Positions 26,452-41,312 of a DNA stretch of 64,000 bases are shown here, piece after piece. The first letter of the stretch is position 1. The number at the start of each line of letters is the position of its first letter. A model generated the notes under the pieces. That model saw nothing but the letters and a program-made list of their open reading frames with translations, was not told where the DNA came from and did no database searches. Source of the DNA: Paramecium tetraurelia (Eukaryota); NCBI GenBank assembly GCA_000165425.1, contig CT868540.1, forward strand, positions 558,001 through 622,000. The letters are read 5' to 3'. The position numbers and the translations under genes were made by a program.

Positions 26452-28379
26452 ATGGATAATTATATAAATAATATTAATTACCAAAAGTAAATAGTAGAGC
26501 ATAATTTGTCTACAAACTTACTTCATTCGTTGAATAATAGTGAGCAATAGAATTCATATGATACAGAATCAAATGCTATGCTTTTTCAATATTAAGAAGA
26601 TATTTTAAAAATTGAATATGCTTAAAGTTAATTTAATATAACAAAGTTTGAATTCAGATTAAATTATGAAAAATATGAAATTGGGCAAATCTAGTTATTT
26701 AGCAATAATAAAGAGATAAAATAGAACTAATTTCAACAAGAAGATTTTAAGTTTAAATTCAAAAACCGCACTTTAATCATTGGAATTATGGAAAATGATC
26801 TAATATATGATGTATATTTAGGCAATTGCACCTTTCCTAACATTTCATTATATAGGCTTACAGAAACCTAATAATCAAGTAAAATTTCCTTTGTTTAAAA
26901 ATCAACAAGAATTGAATATTAGCAGATCGAAATTCATCCATCTATTTAGAATATGTTAATTACATTATCTATGCAATCAACTGGGCAATAATTTTCAATA
27001 TACTAATTACAAGATAGCTCAATTTTGAATCTGTTCTCTCTTAAATCAGAGAACATTATTCTTTGTGAGGCAATCAATTTCAACATTGATTATTTTAACC
27101 ATAGCAATATATATTTTACAAACATTTTTGGCCATCTCTTTTAAATTAACTTTACCGAAATACTTGAATCAAAATAAAGATAGGACTCTGCAATTATTAA
27201 TTAATAATATCTATATAAGAAACTTCATATTTTTCATTATAAAAATCTATAGTTCCAAGTGTACACTTAAACAATTAATGAAAAAAAGGGTGGAGATTGT
27301 ATATATTTTTAAAAGTTGCCAACAAATGAAGATATTTTTTTATTTTTTTTTTAAACACAAGAAGTGATAGAATTAGTGTTAATTAGATTCAATTTAAGCA
27401 AAACTATTACTTTATTCAATAAATAAATAACAGCTATTTAGGAATTAGATGAGAAACTGTAAAAATGCAAAGAGAAATCCTAAATTAGTGATCTTGATGT
27501 TTATACATTACAGCATTAAAAAAGTCTACAAAGATAGTTGATTGTTCCAATCTAAAAATACCTTCAAAATCAAATAGAGATTGACTATTTGTATTTCTAT
27601 TGCAAATAAATTCTAATACAAATTAAAATAACTGAGGAGATCAGCGTTAGGACAATGTCTTTTGATGATAAAGATGTTGATTTAGACTCGGTAGTATTTT
27701 CTATCAATCAAGCTATTCCTTTGGACTTTTGCTATTTTCATTTTCTTATCTTGAAGATTAATATTGAAGATTATAGTAAATCTGATTTCTCTAATAAATA
27801 AAGCCAATATATTTTATTTAAATATTAGACTCTAGAGGAACCCTTGCTTTATGAAAGAACTATGGAGAATAGATATCAATATGATACATATAAGAAGAAC
27901 AAAAGGATAGTTTAATATTTAAGGGAGATGATAGAGAAATGTATTGAATTATATTATGTATAGATAAATAAGAGATTGCTTAAATAAAAAGTGTTGAAAA
28001 GTTGAATGCCATCGAAGGAGAAATCTACACATAAGTTTCTAAGGAATTACTACCAATAGAGGAAGTGCTTGGTGGAAAAAGGGTTATAGGAAGTAAGAAA
28101 AAAACTAATGAACTTATCTTTCAAATATATCAAAACAATAATGAAATTATTCGAATATTAAATAAATTTGATTTTTAGGCTAATGTAAGAAAATTTGAAT
28201 TGAGTTAAATTAAAATAACTCTATTGTTTGATTAGTATTAGATTCAGTAGAATTAATATAAAAAAATAAAAGAACAAAATGAATAAAGAAAAAACAGAGA
28301 TGAAGCCAATTTGAGGAAATAAATTATAAACAAAATATTATCTTTACAATACTAATAAAATTAAGATAGTTTTAATTGA
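26452..28379 (+). CDS. Hypothetical protein (~620 aa)
   Basis: Long code-6 frame with small introns; TGA 28377-28379. Confidence 0.65.
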
Positions 28380-28453
28380 TTAAATAATTAAATTTGTTTT
28401 AAAAACTTATTAATTCTAAATTACAATAAATTTAATTTTATGGAATTCCTAGT

Positions 28454-29766
<1,313 letters not shown>

Positions 29767-29814
29767 TTGAAATAACGATTTTGGTAAATTAATAAATCAT
29801 AAATAAATTAACTC

Positions 29815-30974
29815 ATGAAAGCTTTAATTCTTGTGGGAGGATATGGAACTAGATTGAGACCTCTTACATTTAAATGTCCTAAACCTCTTGTTGAATTTGC
29901 AAATAAACCAATTCTCATGCATCAAATTGAAGCATTAGTACATCTATCATAAATCTTTAGGTAAAAGTTGGAGTGCAGGAAATTATTTTAGCCATCAATT
30001 ATCAACCTGACACCATGAAAGAATAAATCAATAAATTATAAGATCTCTATAAAGTCAAAATCATCTGCTCTTAAGAAACTGAACCTTTGGGAACAGCTGG
30101 TCCTATTAGACTTGCCAAGGATCATATTATCAAGGATAATCCTGATGGTTTGTTCTTTGTTCTTAACAGTGACATTATCTGCGAATTTCCACTTGATAAA
30201 TTGTTGCAATTCCACAAATAGCATAATCATGAAGGGTTTAAAATATTTATATTTATAGAACCATATTCGTCAATGAAGTCGATGACCCATCAAAATATGG
30301 AGTCATCTTGGCTGATGAAACCGGCAGAATCAAGGATTTCATTGAGAAACCCTAAGAATTCATTAGTAACAAGATCAATTCCGGACTCTATCTATTTAAT
30401 GTGAGCATGATTGATAGGATTCCTGTAATACTTATCGCTATATCATTAGTTAAAACCAACCTCTATAGAAAGAGAAATCTTCCCAATTATGGCTAAGGAA
30501 GGACAACTATATCAATATATTCTACCAGGATTTTGGAAGGATGTTGGATAACCCAAAGATTACTTGGCAGGCACCGTTCTCATCTTGGAAAGCTATAGAA
30601 CACACACACCAGATGTCTTGGCAAAGGGTAACAACATTGTAGGAAATGTTTTGATTGATGCTTCAGCCTAAATTGATCCTAATGCTGTTATCGGACCTAA
30701 TGTAATTATTGGACCAGATTGCAAAGTTAAAGAAGGAGTCAGATTGAAGAATTGTGTTCTTTTAAAGGGAGTAGTAATCAATGCAAATAGTTGGATCAAT
30801 GAATCCATTATTGGATGGTCATCAACTGTGGGTAAATGGGTCAGAATTGAAGGCGTTTCTGTATGTGGTGAAGATGTCTAGGTAAAAGATGAAGTCTATA
30901 TTAATTAAAGTTTTATCTTACCACATAGAGGTATTACAAGTAACATCTATAACAAAAATACAGTTATAATGTGA
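29815..30974 (+). CDS. GMPPB: Mannose-1-phosphate guanylyltransferase (GDP-mannose pyrophosphorylase beta)
   Basis: [56 protein letters not shown], beta-helix C-terminus. Confidence 0.97.
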
Positions 30975-31087
30975 AATATTATATTCAAAAATATATTAAT
31001 ATATATTTAATGGAATATTGTATATTTATATAAGATTCTCTACATCTCTACAAACCATTTTATTAATAATGTATATTTATATCTAAC

Positions 31088-32468
31088 TCAGATGAGAACA
31101 ATTCCTATCTCTTCTGGTTGAAGCATGTTGCTTTCTAATTTCCAATTGTATAGATAATAACTTAATTCTCCATTTCCTTATTTAAATAATAATTCCTATA
31201 AGATTTATATTAAATATACCTTTAAAAATTTTTAATTGTCCATTATATCTAACGCATTAAAGACATCGTATCCTTCATTCTTTGCTAAAATCAATGCATC
31301 CTACATTAACTGAACAAGAGGTGTTTAAGTTGCAACATTATAATAGGAATATGCCGCCTTAAAGAATTTATTTATAAATTACTTTCACGTGGGTATGCTG
31401 AGGTCTTTGTAGCACTGAACTTGGTAAATTAAAATATGACAAGAAATCCGTAATGAGGCCTTATTCATTTTCTACAACATAGGTAGTAATCACATCCTTT
31501 CTAGGTAAGAACCAATGGTTGACTTTTTCTTCGGTGTATTCAAAATATAACTTAAAATTTCTAAATAAATAGAATTCTTTTACTTTAAATATTCATTTAA
31601 TAACTTTGTAATCTAAGCCACATCATTCTATTTCATTGGTCTAAGTCCTGGAGTCTTTGGTTCTTCAGGTAATTTATAATATTTTTGTTCTCTTGCCATG
31701 GTCCATCTGGCTGATAAGTATGAAAATCCAGCTTCAACCAACTTCCTTGGATTCAAACTTCTATGGTAATATGAAGCCTAAGAAATTGGAGTTGGGAGGA
31801 CTGTTCCTGCTGTGTATACGGCTTACCACATATTTTAGGTGTGCACTCTTCTGGTTATTTCTTTTATTAAAACAGGAGTTAATCTATTCATCCTTAGATT
31901 TTTATGGACACATAAAAAATTAATGTTTGTCATTTTCACCTTATTTTACTCGTTTTCAATATTGAGTGTTACTGGAATGCCTGAGATGAATGCAACTATT
32001 TACTAATTATTTATCACTGCAACCACCCAATTATCCTATTATCCAGGAGGTAATAATGCCCACCTTAAAGTTTCAATTGAATAATCAAATCTAAACATAT
32101 TATCATCATCCTCAACATAATTCTAATTCAAAAAAGTGTAAACCTAACTAATTGATATTTCATACTAATTGAGCTTATTCATCATTTTTTAAATCAACAT
32201 TAAACCATTCAAAATTATTAATTAACATATATGGATCCTATCTGACTTCAGCCAATACTCCCTTTTAAATGGGACCAGGCTCTAATTTATCCAACTAATT
32301 GATATTGGGCATAGGCTAAGATGACCAAAATAGATGAGGTTTGTTTAATTAGTCAATTAATGATTAGCTATATTGAACAATTTTTTTGGTGACAATTTAT
32401 TATAATTATTCATTTTAGATTTCCTTTTATTCATCATCGTTTAATTCCTATTTCTCTTTTTGTTGCAT
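31088..32468 (-). CDS. NMT: Glycylpeptide N-myristoyltransferase
   Basis: [69 protein letters not shown]. Confidence 0.97.
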
Positions 32469-32571
32469 ATTGTAATAAAAATTAAATTTAATCCTACAAA
32501 GAATTTTTATGATTAAATTGAATTTAATTAATTATTTAAAACTAATAGCACCTTTAAGATTTCTATAATTA

Positions 32572-33240
32572 ATGTATATCTCTAAATTCAACATTATTAT
32601 GATCAGATAAAATATTACACGGTTAAAATTCCTATTTCAACTGATATCGTTTAAGACCAACAAAAAGTAATAAATAAGATAAGTGGTTTGCTAGATAATC
32701 ATTGGAACTAGAAGTTTTTCAGAAATCTACTAAGTTTTCCATTAAAATTAGGGGCTTTTAATATTCTTTTATTCCTATCAGTAATTATAAAAATTTATTA
32801 CATATTCTCATAAATTGAACTCAACACTTTTTTCATCGGTTTTCTTTCTTATATTCAATATAACACATAATTTATTATAATATTGGTCAAGCTTCTATTT
32901 CTTTATTGATGGCCACCATTTATTGAAACTATCAAAATGGAATTGAATTAAATTTTGATTTAGGGCGAAGATAAGAATAAATGAAATAGTGAGTTTAAGG
33001 AGATAAAAATTAAAATCAACTTTTGAAGTTCTTAGCAGAACTTTATGAATGTACTAATTTTTGATTATAATATAGTTTAAGTTGGTATTAATTTATTGGT
33101 GGTTAAATACTGCATCAATTATTTATTAATTTTATATAGCGAAAAAAAATATATTGTAATGTAGAAGAATCTTTATAAAAAATTAAATAATGGTTTTGGG
33201 TATTTAAAGGCCGATTAATTTGTGCAAGAAATATATAATA
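32572..33240 (+). pseudogene. Possible decayed gene remnant (membrane protein-like)
   Basis: Protein-like frame (YYTVKIPISTD...LFLY*WPPFIETIKMELNQ...K*) broken by in-frame TGAs. Confidence 0.25.
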
Positions 33241-33262
33241 TTAAAACTATTTATCAAATCTA

Positions 33263-35602
33263 ATGAGCAAATCAATAAATATGAGTAAAACATCATATCA
33301 GTTTGAAAGTTCTTAGTAAAACTATTAATCCTAAAACAATCAAGGGAAAATTGAGGTAAAATTTAATGATTATATTTTTAAAGGAGGGTTTCTAGTAAAT
33401 GGAAGGTTATTTTCACAGCGAAGGAGGGAAAATTTAAACTTAGTAACATTAAAGCAGTGGTGGAGAGATTAAGTAAAAAGTAAAAATAGTCATTAAAGTC
33501 AGTTCATAAATTCGAGTAAAAATGACCACGAAACAATACAATTCGGTTCCTCTCAAGAACAAAATAGCTAATCCGCTCTAATAAATGGAAAGGTATTACC
33601 ATATTCATATTTAGATTTCATCAATGAAACAACAACATGTAAATGAAGATCATGGATGGAGTGATGGGGGAATGCAAGTCCAAAGTAAGTTTGAATCAAA
33701 TCCACAAACATCTTCTGTAATATATATCCTAATAATAGAGCACCTAATAGACAAGTTATTAAACTCAAACTATAGTAACAAAAACAATTACAACATCGTC
33801 ACATCAAATATCCAAGTCAAATGATTAAGAATAAGTATAAACAGTACAATATATTTAGTTCGAAAATGCTGGATTTGAATTGATGAGTGGCCAAGGCAAT
33901 CTTGAAGGAGAAGCTAATGGGATTGTGTCAGAAGTAAATATATATGATTAACTATTTAGTCATTGTATAAATATGGCGGGTACAACCTCAAAGCAGATCA
34001 TGCTTAACTTGGGGGAGAGTTAAAGCTTAATAAATATAATTTTTCAGATGCGTCTTTAAAGGTTAGTATAAAATAATTAATATTAGGATAAATAATTTAA
34101 GAGTTCAGCAGGCAAAATTTAAATGGCATGCGATGTTGCTATGGCTGCTGCTCTAAGAAAATAAGAAGAATAAGCATCTACAGGTGGAGCTATAGCTAAT
34201 TGGGAATTATAAATGAACTCCATGGCAGAATTAAAGGCCTAATATTAAATATCAGCTAAAGTTGCAATATCATAGCGATCTCATCTTTTGTATGGCTATG
34301 GCTTTCATGGAAAAGATGGCAAACCACAACAATGTGAGGAAGGAGATTAGGAGAAAAAGAAAGAGCCTTTGAATATGGCTGTTTGTGATGCTGAATGCAT
34401 TGAAAAACCTAAGAATAAACTAGAAGAATTAGCAAGTGCTCCATAGGATCCAGAAGAGTTTACTAAAAGCAAATATGTACCCATTATTCAATCACCTGAC
34501 ACATATTTTAAACCCAGGAGTGAAGATTTTATAAGAATAATCCCAAAAAGTCAATAATAAATTGTCTATCCAGTTAATTCAGTTAGAAGCATCATTAAAC
34601 CACAATTTGTAACTTGCGAATAAGTTCAAGTATTTTTTAATTCAAATATAGGTTGCTAAATAATCAATTCGAACTAAATGTTCAAGTGTTAGATAGCCTG
34701 TCATCATCTAAGAAGAGACTGCACCTACAATTCTACAAAGAACATATGGGGCTCCAAATTCAGTAAGACATTAAGAATCCTTTTTTACAGTCTAATCTGT
34801 ATAATAATAGTTGGTGGCAGTCCAACCTTAGGTTATCCAGTAATAAGCTATTATCTAAGTTCAACCTTAACCTATTATTTAATAATAAGTGGTTTAAGTC
34901 TAAGAAATACAACCATTATAATAAGTTATTATGGTCCAACCAACTCAAAATGCTGAAACATATTCATAATAGCATATTCAAATCTAATAACCTCATTTAA
35001 TTGGTCAAACTGTATAATTAATTGGCCAATAAACTTAATTTGTAAACACTTAAGCAGTCTAAATGACAACTTAATAACATTAATTAGTGGTTGCTTAACC
35101 CTAATAAGTAGTATCTGTTGCGCAACAAGGAGTTTTAAGATAAGGCATATAATAAGAGATCATTCCTTAAGTGGCTGTACAATAATAATAAATAGTTTCA
35201 CACACACAATTAATTTAACAAGATGCTACATCACCAATCAGATAAACCTAAATTATTTAGTAGCCATAAGTAGTCTTGCAACCATCATCATAATAATAAA
35301 TAATGTTGGTCTCAACCTAGCCCTTAGTCTAATAATAAACTGCTTAAATACAATAATCTGTTTATTAAATATAGCCCTAATAGACTATTTAATAAATCTA
35401 ATCATTTCAATAAGTAAATTATAATTATACGAAACTCTAGGTAACTTCACCTTTGAGGCAATAGCATTTGGTTTTATAATCTTAAATACCATAAAGCTAT
35501 ACAACATAACCAATTGAAATTTTGTAACCAAGCTAATCCCTTAACACTATTCCAATCAGTTAATAGTAATTCGGCTTTTAATATATCCTCCAAAAAGTGT
35601 GA
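33263..35602 (+). CDS. Hypothetical protein with long Q/V/P-rich C-terminal half (possible cortical cytoskeleton)
   Basis: Code-6 frame with about 7 small introns; QQVVQVQEIQPLQQVIMVQP-type sequence; TGA 35600-35602. Confidence 0.7.
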
Positions 35603-36432
35603 AAATCAATTATATAATTATTACAATATAATCATTTTATATCTTTACGTGGATTTCTCATAAAACTGATGTTTTGTGAAGAAATAAAGTTACTTATTTG
35701 AATGTCTGAGTAAGAAATTTGAGGAATCAAATTATAATCTTATTAATATATATTCATCTTACTCTGATAATAACTTCAAATTATTAAGAAATTAAAAATT
35801 TAACAAAAAATAAAATTCAGATTTTAATTATATTATCAATGGCCGAGATAATTTACTATAATATAATATTCTAATAAATTTGAATTAAAATAGATCTTTA
35901 AGCTAAGTGGAAATTACTATTTATTCAGTTACTTAACATGTATTTAAGGGAATTTATAGAGTTTGGTTGATGGGAATCTACGGAATTGAAAATGTTTAAG
36001 GGCCAAGTTATTAATCAAAAAAAAATAAAAGATCGGTTAATCTGAGTTAAATATCTTAATTTTGTATTAAAAATTATGGAATATGTTTTGTTTTAAGATT
36101 TATCAAGGCTTTTACAGCTTTTTAATTATTGATATTTTCATTAATAAACAATTTTTACTTTGAATAGGGTAAAGTATTCTAAATTAACTCCGAAACTCAT
36201 GCTAAATTGATACTCATAATAATTATCTTTTCAGTTATCTCTTACATTTGATATTTTTTTAGATAACAATTTATTACTGCTCTGAAAAAACCTTAAGTAA
36301 TCTCGTTATGCGAAGGAGATGACAAGAGAACTTTAATTTAGAGATGTAATTTTAAGATTAAAAGTTAATATGATTTAGAAAATATCCGTTGGTCATTATG
36401 TAAATATAAATTCAAATTTAATAATATAACTA

Positions 36433-37920
36433 ATGAATTATAATTCAAGGGATACCCCTTCTTTTTTGAATAAATATTTGTAGAAAGATACAAACCCTAA
36501 GCGACCATTTGAGAGCCAAAATAAATCCTATTAAAAATATGAGGCGTCTCCATTAATAAAGCAACCTGTGAAAAAAACATTGGAGTTAAATTTTTCAAGT
36601 TTGGAAGAGTAATCATTCAAAAAATAAACTGTCTTACCCAATTATGAACCAACAAAATGCTCATCAGGTCGAAATGGAATAATTAGAGCTTATGCTGCTA
36701 ATACAAATTAAGGAATTGTTAGAGATTATAATGAAGATAGAGTCTCTATAATTTTGAATATAGTGAAACCATAAAATAGAGCATCAGAAAACTGGCCTAA
36801 ATGTTCATTTTTTGGAGTTTATGATGGCCATGGAGGAGCAGCTTGTGCTGACTTTTTAAGAGATACCTTACATTAATTTGTAATAAAAGAACCTGAATTT
36901 CCTTGGAACCCTGTAGGAGCCATAAGAAAAGGATTTGAAGCAGCAGAAAACCATTTTTTAGCCTTTGCATTAGATCAATATTCAAAAGGAATTCAAGAAA
37001 GAAGTGGTTCTTGTGCAATAGTTTGCTTAATTGTTGGAGATATTTGCTATGTGGCCAATGTTGGAGATAGTAGAGCTGTGCTAAGTTCTCAAAAAGGGAA
37101 AAGAGTGACTAATTTATCAATCGATCATAAACCAGAAACAGAAGCTGAGAGAATTCAGAGAGGAGGAGGAAAAATATATCAGACTTAAGGAATTAATGAA
37201 GAAGGAACTTAAGTTACAGGACCAGTTAGAGTTATGCCAGGGAGGTTATCAGTTTCAAGAACTTTTGGAGACATTGAAGCTAAATTTGAATAATTTGGTG
37301 GAAATTCAAAAGTTGTGATATCTGAACCAGATGTCAAAATATTTAAAATTAATTAAGATCATGATTTCATTGTTTTAGGATGTAAGTAATACTAGCTTAT
37401 GTTTAGGTGACGGGATATTTGATAAAATGTCATCAGGAGATGTCGTTAATATCATTTGGCAAGACATTCAAAATAATACAAAATCAAACTTACATTCAGT
37501 ATTATCTACTGCAGTTGATTCAGTTTTGAAAGAAGCAATATATAAAAAAAGTAGCGATAATGTTACTTTGTTGATCGTTGCTTTTTAGATAAATGCTTAA
37601 AAAGAAGAGTAGAAAGAAATCAAATGTTCATACAGCAATTCTGTTGAAAGAATTGAAGAAACCTATCATGTCAATAGTAGACCAAGAATAAGGTACTATT
37701 TTAATTTATATGAAATAGCCAATAAATCCCAAGAAGAAATGATGAAAACTTTTCATAATTTAGTAGTCTAAACTATTGCAATCAAAATACTTCCATACAT
37801 AATAATATTAAATCAGCCTTAGTCCAAAATTTTTAGCATCGAATATTAAAATAACAATAAAACAAAAAGTCCTGTCAGGATGAATAAACAAATAAAGTCA
37901 AATCTAGTTATATGATTTGA
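36433..37920 (+). CDS. Protein phosphatase 2C (PPM family)
   Basis: QGIVRDYNEDR, FFGVYDGHGG, SGSCA, ANVGDSRA, DHKP, LSVSRTFGD, LGCDGIFD, SSDNVT. Confidence 0.95.
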
Positions 37921-38990
37921 TAATAATTAATTAATAAACAATTAATTTAACAACTTAATCATTTTCATAATATAAGATTAAACTCATTTATGAATATCTG
38001 TAATCTTCTTTTTCACTCTTCTAAATATTAATAATAAATATTAAAACTCATAGCATTGAGATGATAACTAAGATTTTCGAGAGGAGTGAACTTAAGAATT
38101 ATCCATCTCAGGAACAGAATTCTGTATAAAAACAATAGAATTAAAGATTAAAAAAAATTACAATTTCTGATTCTTAATGTTCAAAATCTGATGTTTTTAT
38201 AATAATTTCTGAAGAATTAATCTGTATGACAAATAATTGTTCTGCATGACAGAAAATGTTCATTCTATGAGAGCAAAGATTGTAACTGTTTATAAGAATG
38301 CTAAATTTTATATTTTATTTTAACAATTCAACAATGTATTTTATGAATAGGAATTTATAAATTAAATGTTTTATTCTTAAATTCTATTTAAAAATTATAA
38401 TGAATAGAATCATTTAAGCCTATCTTCATTAAATAATCAGGTTTCTTAGTGAAATAGTCAAAAGATAAAACCAAAAAGAATAGACATATTCAAAAGTAAT
38501 GAGATTCCTTTAAATTAACTCAAATAGTTTCAAAGTTTGAAAATTACCAAAGTGTATTTTGATGAAAAATAAGTTACTATATTAGTAAATCTAAATAATA
38601 GAGATTTATGTGTTTCTAATATCAAAGATTATCATATTGCCCTTCAAATAAAACTTTGGCATTATTTTTTTCATGATTACAATAAAAATAATAAGATTTG
38701 TTCTAAACATATTCAAAACTTTAAATGCTTATCTAATAGATTTCTATGATGTAATTATGATATTCTACAATACCTAAATTTATACACTAAAATACTTATG
38801 TATGTATTTATTGTAAAATGTAAAAGAGAGACTAAGTTTAATGCATATCAAACTTAAGCTCATAATGCTAGCCTTCTCTTATCATCATCCCAAACAATTT
38901 CATGAGGAATAATAAAAATGACTAAATGACAAAGAATTAATCACTTTCTTATTATATTAAATTAAAATACAATTTTTAAACAACTTAATA

Positions 38991-39520
38991 ATGAATAAAC
39001 TCAAATATCGAATGAGTGTCTTTTATAGAGATTATTTTATGTTTATTGATCATAAAGGATTCCTTTATTTAGAAGAAACAGAACCTAAAAACTTTACCTC
39101 ATGTATTAAGGATGCCAGATTTTTTGTATGATTTAAGCAATAATAATAGTAATTCTTTTACAAAAACTTGATAAAAAATAAGACTGGAAGACATGATGAT
39201 TATAAATATGTATCTAAATGTTGGGGAGAATTCAATTTTGTCAAGGTACATTCCACACCAATAATATATAATGATATTTAACTTTTAGATAATTAATGGA
39301 AAATAGTAATATGAATGATAAATATTAGATAGCATAAAATGGATATTCAGAGAACTTTGAAGCAAATTAATTGTTTATAAAGGATAATTTACTATATTAT
39401 AAAGTGAGCCTAAATGATCTTGAAGTTGGAATATTATCAACTGATCTGGCTATAAAATTAGGAGATAACATCAATGAAAGTAATACTTTTAAATGGGATA
39501 ATAATGTATATTAGTTGTGA
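38991..39520 (+). CDS. DUF4505 / C8orf82 (UPF0598)-like protein
   Basis: RDYFMFIDHKGFLYLEETEPKNFTSCIKDARFFQFFYKNL..NKTGRH..YKYVSKCWGEFNFVK...PIIY; two small introns. Confidence 0.8.
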
Positions 39521-39689
39521 GTCTATTATATATAAATATTTTTTAACCTTATTCATTTAGTTAGGAATCAAGTTATTCTAAATATGTAATAACAATCGAA
39601 AATATTCAATTAAAAAATCGCTTAGATTCATATTTTTAAAATTATAACCATTAACAATTATTTTAATGAGAAATACAAAAATCTAAATT

Positions 39690-40793
39690 TCATTTTAATA
39701 ATTTTGGCAAGATTTCTTCTGATTTTCCCTTTATTTGATAAGTATTTCCAACTTCAATTATAGGTTCTGGGTTAATTTCAATTATAATGGCCTTTTTTTT
39801 AATAAACTTACAAACTGTTGATTTAGCACATCCTGTTTCAAGCATGGTGCCAACTACAATGATGGTATCATAGGTTTCATACTTTTCCTATAACTCCTGA
39901 ATCCTACAATTTTCATTTGTATAGGATTCATCAAAAAATAAAATATGAGGTCTTGCATCTTCTCCACATTTTGGGCATTTTGGTCTTAAATTCTTAGTGA
40001 GATCTGGCATATCATAAAGAATGGCTAATTGATCTTTTTCTAGAGTGCATTCTTTGGAGCATCTCATATATTTGATATTACCATGAATTTCATATATGGA
40101 TTCATAATGACCATGCTTTATTTATTTTTATGGTAGGATAGAGGTAAGAATATTATCAATATTTTAGGACACTATCAACGTATTTGGATTCTTCTTTTTA
40201 TAATTAGCAATTGCTATGTGTCCGGCGTTAGGCTTTTTATTAATTAACATCTTTTAAAAGTCTTTATGCCATTCCCAACATAAATCTGGGTTGCTGGTTA
40301 AAAACTCTTTTGTCAAAACCTTTTGGCATTCGAATGTATCTTTTCCTTTTGTCCAATATCCATCTTTGCCTCTAAATGTTGGAACACCACTAGCATGACT
40401 TAAACCAGCTCCACATAATATTAACACATTCTTAGTAATTAGTTTTTATGCTTATTCAACAGTAACTTCTTGGGCAGTTTTAGGATTTTATTCATCTGAT
40501 TTAATGATATTTGCCCCAAATGACCTTCCAATATTATCTAATAATTTATCCATAGCATCGCTGAACTACTTTTTAAATTTATCAATGTTATCGACAGTTT
40601 ATCTAGCTTAAGCTTTTGCTTCATCAAGATTCTTGAATGTGACCTCCAAGCTATCTAAAGTTTGTTTTGATCTTTCCTATGTTTCTTGAATTTCTTTTGA
40701 TATTCTTTCATACTATTCTTTTTCGATTGCTCTTTTTTTATTGAATTCTTCCCAATCAAATTTTTAGTATTATTTTGGTTCTTAATTGTCCAT
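39690..40793 (-). CDS. NAD-dependent deacylase, sirtuin family (CobB-like) with N-terminal coiled coil
   Basis: GAGLSHASGVPTFRGKDGYW, PNAGH, SQNID, EIHGN, CSKEC...CPKC, RPHILFFDE, VGTML, EINP; intronless, 368 codons. Confidence 0.93.
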
Positions 40794-41312
40794 TATATTT
40801 AATTAAAATTATCCTTTTTTTTGTATTAATATAATTAACTTATAGCAATATTGAAAATTATCTGATGAATTCTATAGTAAATGAGAATTGTGTAAGATAA
40901 TTAAAAATTAATTAATAAGTTCATATATATTTTTTTTTCATAGTGAAAATAATTAAATTGATGTTAATATATATATTATCATTACAATATATCCATGATA
41001 TCAATTATATTGATCTAGAATATCAGTTTAGAGAGTACGTTAATTATTTAAAACATTAGATATTTTTAGGTCTTTTGATTATAGAAAATTATGTAAAATA
41101 AATATTAATTTAAATGAAATACTTCATAAATTTTGATTTTGAATTTAATGGTTGATTTAAATTAAAATAGATCAACTAATTAAGTAGTAGCAAGATATTA
41201 GATTGAAATATAGAGATTTTAAAGCAAACCAAGTGGATTTAATAAATTTTGAAGGATAGCATAAATTTTATTTAAAATATATTTATTTATATTACATTTG
41301 GCAATTATAGAA

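Noticed and set aside
35660..35712. Possible C/D-box snoRNA (CTGATG...CTGA) in a long spacer
   Set aside because: Imperfect C box, no terminal stem and no recognisable rRNA antisense element
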